Positions 29,184-38,658 of a DNA stretch of 38,658 nucleotides are shown one piece after another; positions within the stretch are counted from its first letter, which is position 1; the number at the start of each line of letters is the position of its first letter. Location: positions 1 through 38,658 of the forward strand of contig JBLWVX010000025.1 of NCBI GenBank assembly GCA_048268245.1, read 5' to 3'. The DNA comes from Arcobacteraceae bacterium (GTDB lineage: Bacteria > Campylobacterota > Campylobacteria > Campylobacterales > Arcobacteraceae). The position numbers and the translations under genes are program-made. The notes under the pieces are model-generated. The model ran no database searches. It saw only the letters and a program-made list of their open reading frames with translations, and had not been told where the DNA came from.

Positions 29184-30533
29184 ATGAGTAAAGTAAAAAA
29201 GATATTTGGTATTGATTCACTTTATTACTTCTGTGAATCAAATGAAAATTATGATGATTTATATCTTGAAATATTAGACCAAGTAGAAGAAATAAAAGGT
29301 AAGTTTGAAAAAAAAGATGTTGAGTTTGAGAACAATGACATTATTATAAATATAAACGATACACCTCTAAACTTCTTAGGCAAAGCAGAAGGCTTTCATT
29401 GGTTCAAAGATATAAATGAGTTCTTTAAAATAGGTTTTAAAGATAGATATAAAAACAGAGGTTTAAATGATATTAGAGTGCAACTTCAAGGTGTAGGAAT
29501 TTATACAATGGGCATTAAGTCACTAGTTGAGTTTATTAATGTTCATTTATTAAAAGAATATACAACTGGATTCAATCCAATTACAAGAGCAGATTTAAAC
29601 TGTTTTATTCAATATGATTTTAGCTTTGTAACAAAAGAGATGTTTAGTACAAGAAAAAGACAATATTCGACAATTAGTGAAATTGGTAATGCTTCAAAAG
29701 TGCAAACCTTATATGTAGGAAAAGAGCCTTTTAAACTAAGACTATATAACAAAAAAGAAGAATTAAAAAAATCAAAGAAAAAAGATTTAATGTATGAATA
29801 CTTTTTAAATAATGACTTTGATATTGAAGATGAGATTTTTAATGTTGAGTTTGAGTTACATAGAGCGTATTTAAAAACTTTTAATATCTTTACTATTGAA
29901 GATTTATTCTCTAATGCAGTAAATCTATTTAAAACTTCTATGGAAGATATTAGACTAATAGATATTAACTCTTTATCAAATAAAGCAATTGAACATAACA
30001 ACAAACATAGAGCTAATACTTTAGCTATTTGGGAAGAAATAAAAAGTGAATATTACTTAGAAGATTTTTTACAAATACAATTACCACTAAGTAGAGTTAA
30101 AAGAGCTATTTCAATATATGATGATTATAAGTTCAAATTAGAGTATATAGCTTTAATTAGAAAAGCATTTATAAACAATCTAAACATAGATTCCAATTTT
30201 TTAGATGAACTATACAAAGATGCAAAAGAATCATTAAATAAAACTACTACAAATAAAGAGTTAAAGAAAAGATATACAGAGGTAGAGATTATAAATAAAA
30301 ATGGTTCAAAAGAGAATTTAAGATTATTAGAAGATGGAAATTTAATTAAACCTCTAAGAACTGAAACAGTATCTAAATTACAAGATTATGACTTACTTGT
30401 TTACCTTGATAAGACAAGAGAGAAGAAACATCTATCTTCAAGAGATAAGCATATTTACTATGTAGCTTTAAAAGAAGCAACAAAAAGAAATTTAGTATTA
30501 GATATTACACCAAATGAGGCACAAAGTTTTTGA
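29184..30533 (+). CDS. Rep_trans-like rolling-circle replication initiator / MOB_T-type relaxase
   Basis: GIDSLY, ITRADL, TLYVG...LRLYNKKEE (candidate catalytic Tyr), NVEFELHR; GAGG RBS. Confidence 0.8.
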   Translation: MSKVKKIFGIDSLYYFCESNENYDDLYLEILDQVEEIKGKFEKKDVEFENNDIIININDTPLNFLGKAEGFHWFKDINEFFKIGFKDRYKNRGLNDIRVQLQGVGIYTMGIKSLVEFINVHLLKEYTTGFNPITRADLNCFIQYDFSFVTKEMFSTRKRQYSTISEIGNASKVQTLYVGKEPFKLRLYNKKEELKKSKKKDLMYEYFLNNDFDIEDEIFNVEFELHRAYLKTFNIFTIEDLFSNAVNLFKTSMEDIRLIDINSLSNKAIEHNNKHRANTLAIWEEIKSEYYLEDFLQIQLPLSRVKRAISIYDDYKFKLEYIALIRKAFINNLNIDSNFLDELYKDAKESLNKTTTNKELKKRYTEVEIINKNGSKENLRLLEDGNLIKPLRTETVSKLQDYDLLVYLDKTREKKHLSSRDKHIYYVALKEATKRNLVLDITPNEAQSF

Positions 30534-30611
30534 TACTTTTTTAAAAAGTATATACAGCTTTGAGGGATTTACTCCCTCCCTTAAACAGATAATCAAAGGA
30601 GAATTAAAACA

Positions 30612-30917
30612 ATGGATATACCATTTGAGAATTTAGAAAAAATAAATGAAGTATTAGAAAAATTAAATATATTAGAACAAAAGATTAATAGTGAAAAGAG
30701 ATGGTTAAATACAAAAGAAGCATCTTATTATCTTGGATATTCAAAAGAGCATATCCATAAACTAAAAGACAACTATTTGATTGAGGGTAAACACTACTAT
30801 AAAAAAGCTGGTAGAGTTTTATTTGATAAGTTAGAATTAGATAACTGGGTTATGCCTACATTAACAAAAATGAATGCAAAAGAAATAGCTAATAATGTTA
30901 TTAAAGATTTAATATGA
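30612..30917 (+). CDS. Excisionase-like helix-turn-helix protein (HTH_17 type)
   Basis: WLNTKEASYYLGYSKEHIHKL...GRVLFDKLELDNW; immediately upstream of the integrase. Confidence 0.85.
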   Translation: MDIPFENLEKINEVLEKLNILEQKINSEKRWLNTKEASYYLGYSKEHIHKLKDNYLIEGKHYYKKAGRVLFDKLELDNWVMPTLTKMNAKEIANNVIKDLI

Positions 30918-30981
30918 GTTATAGTAAAATTAAGTCGTTTAGAAGTATTAAAATCAAGGTGTTTTTCAAAAGGAGAAACAC

Positions 30982-32055
30982 ATGGTTAAAATGACACAAC
31001 CTAAACTTTACACTAGAGGGAAAAAACTTTGGGTAAGGTTTAGTTTAGATGGTAAAGTGATTAAGAAATCACTAAATATAGAAGATAGTAAAGCTAATAG
31101 AAAATTAGCTGAAACGCAAATAATTCCACAAATGCTTTTAAAGGTACATAGTGGAGAGTTCTTTGAAAACAAAACTGTTCCAACTGTTAAAGAAATGATT
31201 GATATTAGTTTGAAGATGCATTCAAGTAGTAGAAAAGAACAAACACGTATTAATTATGAGTATGTAATTAAATATCATATATTGCCCTATTTTGGAAAGA
31301 AGAAAATAACTTCACTAAAAGCTAGTGAACTTACATTATGGCAAAATGATTTATTAAAAAAGTTTTCTCCTAAATATGTATCTAATATTAGAGTTGTATT
31401 TCATGGCATTTTACAAGATGCCTTTAGAGATGAAATCATTAATAAAAATCCTTTAACTTTAATAAAATCCCCTTCTTCTGAACCCCTACGAAAGGTTAAA
31501 CCTTTTTCAAAAGATGAAATATTTAGTATATTAAATACTTTGCCTTCAAAAGTAAGAGCTTATTTTGCAATAGGTTTTTTTACAGGTATGAGAACTGGAG
31601 AGATTTTAGCCTTAAAATGGGAAAATATTGATTTTGAGAATAAAACAATTTATGTAAGAGCAACTAGAAATCGTGGTAAGGATAGTACTCCTAAAACAAA
31701 ATCTAGTATTAGAGATGTTGATATAATAAATGTTTTATTACCCTATTTAAATAGTCATTTAAAATATAAAACTGATTCAGAATATCTTTTTAATACAAAG
31801 TTTAAAAAGCCATTTCATAGTGCAAATAAACTATCAATTGTTTATTGGAAAAAAGCTTTAAAAGAATTAGGTATCGAATATAGAAATTTGTATCAAATGA
31901 GGCATACTTTTGCTTCATTAATGATTTCTAATGGAGAAGATATTTTATGGGTATCAAATATGCTAGGTCACAAAAATGCAAATATAACTTTATCATTTTA
32001 TGCAAAATACATAAAAAATGATGAAAAGACTAGAGGTAGCTATTTTAATGCATAG
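30982..32055 (+). CDS. int: Tyrosine recombinase / phage-type integrase
   Basis: GMRTGEILAL, PKTKSS, YQMRHTFAS, LGHKNANITLSFYAK catalytic motifs; N-terminal arm-binding-like region; AAGGAG RBS. Confidence 0.95.
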   Translation: MVKMTQPKLYTRGKKLWVRFSLDGKVIKKSLNIEDSKANRKLAETQIIPQMLLKVHSGEFFENKTVPTVKEMIDISLKMHSSSRKEQTRINYEYVIKYHILPYFGKKKITSLKASELTLWQNDLLKKFSPKYVSNIRVVFHGILQDAFRDEIINKNPLTLIKSPSSEPLRKVKPFSKDEIFSILNTLPSKVRAYFAIGFFTGMRTGEILALKWENIDFENKTIYVRATRNRGKDSTPKTKSSIRDVDIINVLLPYLNSHLKYKTDSEYLFNTKFKKPFHSANKLSIVYWKKALKELGIEYRNLYQMRHTFASLMISNGEDILWVSNMLGHKNANITLSFYAKYIKNDEKTRGSYFNA

Positions 32056-32060
32056 AACAA

Positions 32061-32081
32061 CACTGGTACAATTTTGGAACA
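32061..32081 (+). repeat. Putative integrase arm-type sites, right end
   Basis: CACTGGTACA-A-TTTTGGAACA, same 11-bp period and orientation as 25481-25501. Confidence 0.65.
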
Positions 32082-32113
32082 GTAAAAAATAAATACTTTA
32101 AATAGCCCTATTT

Positions 32114-33232
32114 TTAGGCTATTTTGCTTTTAGGAACTACGATTATGAATTTTGCTCCATATTTCCCATTTTGAATTTTTAAATCCCCTCCAAAACTACT
32201 TTTTATAACAAGCTTCACCATATAAAGACCTGTTCCTGTACCATAATCTTTTGTTGTATAGTAAGGGTCAAAAATTTTATCGAGATTGTCTTCTTTTATT
32301 CCACCTGCATTATCTTCAATGATAACTATACTATATTTATCTTTTGTCATAGTAGTTATTGCTATTTGCCTTTTTTGTATTTGTCTTTCTATAAAGGCAT
32401 CTTTAGCATTTGTGATTAAATTTAAAAAAACTTGTTCTAGTTCAGTTTCAACTCCAAAAGCCGTTTCATCTCCAATATGAACTTTTAAATCAATATTATT
32501 AGTTGTCAACTGTTTATCAAGTAGTTTGATAGTTTTTTCCATTGCAGATTTAATTGTAAAAGTTTTCTTGCTTTTGTTAGGGTTAAAGAAGTTTATAAAA
32601 TCATTTATAGTTTCACTCATAAATACAATCTGTTTTTTTGTATTTTTATCAAACTCTTCTATAAAGTTGTCATCAATTTCCCTATGTTTATATGAATCTT
32701 TTACATCAGAACAGTATAAAGACATATTATTTAAAGGTTGTTTTAACTGATGGGCTATAACTCCTATCATTTCACCCATAGTTGCCATTTTTGATTGATG
32801 TATTAATAACTCTTCTTTTTTTGAAAGCTCACTTGTATCTCTTTTTTTATCTTCAAATAAATCAATATAAACTTTTAATTTAGCTATTAATAGATTTTCA
32901 TCAATTGGCTTTGAAATATACTCAACTGCACCTATTTCATAACCTTTCTTTTGATAAGCATCTTTATCATAAATACCTGTAATAAATATAATTGGTATAT
33001 TTTTTGTTGAATCTATTGACTTTAAATACTGTGCGAATTGAAAACCATCAATATCTGGCATTTGGATATCACTTAAAATCAAATCTACTTTTATTTTCAT
33101 AAGTAGTTCCATTGCCTCAGTAGCACTTAATGCACTATATATATCAACATCAAAGTTATCTTTAATTATAAGTTTTAAAGAGTAGATATTATCTTGAACA
33201 TCATCTACTATTAATACTGAAAATTTACTCAT
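32114..33232 (-). CDS. Hybrid response regulator-histidine kinase (integration target)
   Basis: LIVDD, SDIQMPDIDG, KP receiver motifs; IAHQLKQPL, NAKDA, DNAGGI, FDPYYTTK, GTGTGL. Confidence 0.92.
   Translation of the reverse strand: MSKFSVLIVDDVQDNIYSLKLIIKDNFDVDIYSALSATEAMELLMKIKVDLILSDIQMPDIDGFQFAQYLKSIDSTKNIPIIFITGIYDKDAYQKKGYEIGAVEYISKPIDENLLIAKLKVYIDLFEDKKRDTSELSKKEELLIHQSKMATMGEMIGVIAHQLKQPLNNMSLYCSDVKDSYKHREIDDNFIEEFDKNTKKQIVFMSETINDFINFFNPNKSKKTFTIKSAMEKTIKLLDKQLTTNNIDLKVHIGDETAFGVETELEQVFLNLITNAKDAFIERQIQKRQIAITTMTKDKYSIVIIEDNAGGIKEDNLDKIFDPYYTTKDYGTGTGLYMVKLVIKSSFGGDLKIQNGKYGAKFIIVVPKSKIA
32127..32153 (+). repeat. Right att core (27-bp direct repeat) inside the last codons of the hybrid kinase gene
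   Basis: Identical to 25367-25393; encodes KFIIVVPK on the minus strand. Confidence 0.93.
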
Positions 33233-33250
33233 TTCAAACCTTTTTATTAT

Positions 33251-34090
33251 TTATAAACTCAATAAATCTATCTTTATCAAATGGTTTTTAAAATCATGAT
33301 TTTGTTTATCTTGAATCATTGTAAGTTGCTTCATATTGATATACGCTTCATTAATTCTTCTAGACATTTGATTAAATGTTTGAGCTAGTTTATTTAACTC
33401 ATTGTCTTTCTTATCATCAAACTCTATGTTTATTTCATCAAATTCTTGAACATCATAATCATTTGTAGCTTCAATCATTTTATTTAAAGGCTCAGTTAAA
33501 AGTTTATTATCAAAATATACAAATAAAAACCATAATATTAAGACTGAAACAATAACATTTATTAAAATTAAAGAAATAGTCTCTTGTGTTAACTCTGTAA
33601 TTTGATTTTTAGGTACAAGAAGAGTTACTCTTCCAAGAACTTCTTCTACATTATTTTCAAAATTTTTAAGTTCAAAACTATGTGTAATCAGGTCTGTATC
33701 ATAATTAATATTTTCTAATGTAGAGTTTTCAAACACAAATTTATCAATTTTAGAAAACTTTGGTAAAATTTTACCTTTTACTGAAATAAACTCATTAAAA
33801 GGTGTAAGTATAACTATCCCTTTAACGATTTTAGCATCAATAATAGCTTGAACTTGTTCATCAATTTTCTTTTTGTCAAAAACCCAAATAGTTTTGGATA
33901 AAACAGTTTTAAAAGACTGTTCTATATTTATCAAATCTTTTTTTATTAATTTTTTTGCAAAGTTGTACTCAGTATAAATTTGAAAACTTGTAAATAGTAC
34001 AACAAATAATAAATATGCTAAAAATATTTTTTTAAATAGTAAAAAACCTATTGTATTTCTAAAATTCTTAACAATTGTTTGTTTTCCCAT
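33251..34090 (-). CDS. Membrane sensor with HAMP domain and no output domain (possibly a truncated histidine kinase)
   Basis: Two TM helices flanking a periplasmic region, LTEPLNKM...NELNKLAQTFNQM HAMP motif, then a stop about 30 aa later. Confidence 0.75.
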   Translation of the reverse strand: MGKQTIVKNFRNTIGFLLFKKIFLAYLLFVVLFTSFQIYTEYNFAKKLIKKDLINIEQSFKTVLSKTIWVFDKKKIDEQVQAIIDAKIVKGIVILTPFNEFISVKGKILPKFSKIDKFVFENSTLENINYDTDLITHSFELKNFENNVEEVLGRVTLLVPKNQITELTQETISLILINVIVSVLILWFLFVYFDNKLLTEPLNKMIEATNDYDVQEFDEINIEFDDKKDNELNKLAQTFNQMSRRINEAYINMKQLTMIQDKQNHDFKNHLIKIDLLSL

Positions 34091-34160
34091 AATTTACTCT
34101 TTTATATCAAAAGTATTTAATACTTAAATTATTATTCTTAAAAGCTAATTGTTTATATAA

Positions 34161-36807
<2,647 letters not shown>

Positions 36808-36811
<4 letters not shown>

Positions 36812-38655
36812 GGCTTTTCCTTAATATAAGTTAATAAATTCTCTTTTAGTAAATCATTTTTTTCAAAGAGTTTCTTACATTTTGTATCTAAGCTTTCAAT
36901 TAGCTCTAAATCATCACAAATAACTACAGCCTTAATTAAGTCGAAATTTTCTAATTCCTCAAAGTTTCTTTTATCTATGCTTAATAGTATTAAATCTTCA
37001 TCTTTTATATTTTGAATTAAATCTTTGAAATTTTTTAAATTAGAAGCTTGTTTTACATCAAATTCTTTATTTAATTCAATAACTATACTTATAAATGTCA
37101 CTGGATCATTATTTAGGATATAAATAGTATTAATCTTCTTTTCTTCTATATTTTTATCCATTGAGAACTCTTCAATTCTTTCATTTATTATAGGTTTTCT
37201 AATATTTTCTTTATTATCACTATTTTTTATATTAATGGTTGCAGTGAAAGTTGTACCAACATTTACTTTACTTTCAACAGTTATATCTCCACCCATTAAG
37301 TTACACAATTCTTTACTGATTGCTAATCCAAGTCCAGTACCACCAAATTTTCTAGTAGTTGTTGAATCAGCTTGTTTAAATCTATCAAATATATGATCAA
37401 GCTTATATTGAGCTATACCAATACCATCATCCTTCAGAACAATTTCCAAAAATTCATCATTATTTTTTTTAACAATAAGTTCAATTTTTCCTTTAGTTGT
37501 AAATTTTAATGCATTACTTAAAAGATTTTTTATAATTTGATTAACTCTGTTTTTATCAATATTAACGAAATCAATACTTTTATCACATGAAACTATAAAA
37601 TCAAGTTTTTTTTGAAGTGCTTGTGGTCTAAACATATCTTCAATTTCACTAATGAAATCACTTAAGTTTATATTTGTTAAATCAAGATTAATCTCTTTTG
37701 CTTCTAATTTTGAAATATCTAAAATATCATTGATTAAATATAGCAAATCTTTTCCACATCTGTTTATTACTGTCATATTTTTTTGATACTCTTCATCAAG
37801 TCTATTTTGTTTGTTTTTCATCATAATTGATGAAATTACATTTATAGAATTAAGAGGTGTTTTTAATTCATGACTCATATTGGCCAAAAAAGCATCTTTA
37901 GCTTTATGGGCATCTATTAACTCATTTTTTTGCTTATTTAATTTTATTGCTAACTCTTTTAATTTGTAATTTCTTTGTTTTAAATCTTCTTGCATTTTGC
38001 TAAGAGACCTAGCTAGAGTTCCCATTTCATTTTTAGAAGATTTATATGGGATGTCAGGGTTCTTATCTTTACCAATTTCTTCTGCTACTTTGGAAAGTCT
38101 TGTTAATTTATTTGTGATTTTAGAACCAATTACATAAGAAAGAAATGTTGATAGAAATATCTCAATAAAAATAATCATAATCGTATTATTTTTATTATTT
38201 TTAATAAACTGTTTATTTTCACTTGTATCAAAGATAATATACATATGACCAAGTTTTAGCTCACCTTCATTTATTTTTTCAAGCTTTACTTCATAAAACT
38301 CGTTGTTTTTCTCAAAAGAAAATGATTTGTTTTTATTTATAAGTTCATCAAGTTTTAAATGATTAAAATTATAATCTTTAGAAAGAATTTTATTTTGCGA
38401 ATCTAATACTACAATTGAATCAATATAACTTAAGCTTGTTGCTTTTAATATTAAGTTATCAATAGTAGCTATATCATAAATACTTAAAGGAATTTTTAGT
38501 AATTCATCTAAAAAAGTTATATTTGATTGAATATTTTGATTTGTTAACTTATTTGATGAATTATTTATGGCAATAAAATTTACTGATACAATTAATAAAA
38601 TAAAGAATATTTCTAAAAGTACAAAAGATACAATAAATCTATATTTAAATGACAT
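36808..38655 (-). CDS. Membrane HAMP histidine kinase with degenerate C-terminal receiver-like domain
   Basis: Two TM segments, HAMP, FLANMSHELKTPL, NLLSNALKFT, DDGIGI, GGTGLGL. Confidence 0.92.
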
Positions 38656-38658
38656 TTC

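Larger units (their letters stand above)
25367..32153. mobile_element. Integrative element of ~6.8 kb (tyrosine integrase, Xis, Rep_trans initiator, SSB, defence-like cargo) inserted in the 3' end of a hybrid kinase gene
   Basis: Perfect 27-bp terminal direct repeat; integrase next to the right repeat; arm-like repeats inside both ends; all internal genes on the + strand. Confidence 0.92.

Noticed and set aside
30533..30580. Small hairpins between rep and xis as terminator or sRNA
   Set aside because: Stems are short (GAGGGA/TCCCTC and an AT-only stem) with no U-tract; too weak to call.
25367..32153. Complete filamentous or tailed prophage, or an ICE
   Set aside because: No Zot/pI, coat, terminase, capsid or T4SS/coupling genes. 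The ATPase is ABC-type with TOPRIM, not a morphogenesis ATPase.

Overview
AT-rich chromosomal window. Gene content and protein style suggest Campylobacterota, probably Arcobacteraceae (inference). (1) 997-12486, minus strand: a complete C-P lyase phosphonate operon, phnF-C-D-E-G-H-I-J-K-L-M-(hexapeptide acetyltransferase)-N-(EEP phosphoesterase)-P. Its promoter has a Pho-box-like repeat and three PhnF/HutC-type operators. (2) 12.6-25.35 kb and 32.1-38.6 kb: housekeeping and signalling genes (DUF455, MBL hydrolase, two degenerate GGDEF paralogs, cmoB, ccsBA, PepD-like peptidase, DUF1853, several two-component proteins, ligA). (3) 25367-32153, the most interesting part: a ~6.8 kb integrative element bounded by a perfect 27-bp direct repeat and inserted in the 3' end of a hybrid response regulator-histidine kinase gene. 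It carries a tyrosine integrase, an Xis-like HTH, a Rep_trans-type rolling-circle initiator/relaxase with a candidate nick-site hairpin and an SSB-like protein, but no virion or conjugation genes. Its cargo is a candidate defence locus: a translation initiation factor IF-2 N-terminal-like domain that is one frameshift away from being fused to an OLD-like ABC-ATPase/TOPRIM nuclease, followed by an overlapping 360-aa unknown gene. All family calls come from motifs read by eye; no database search was run.
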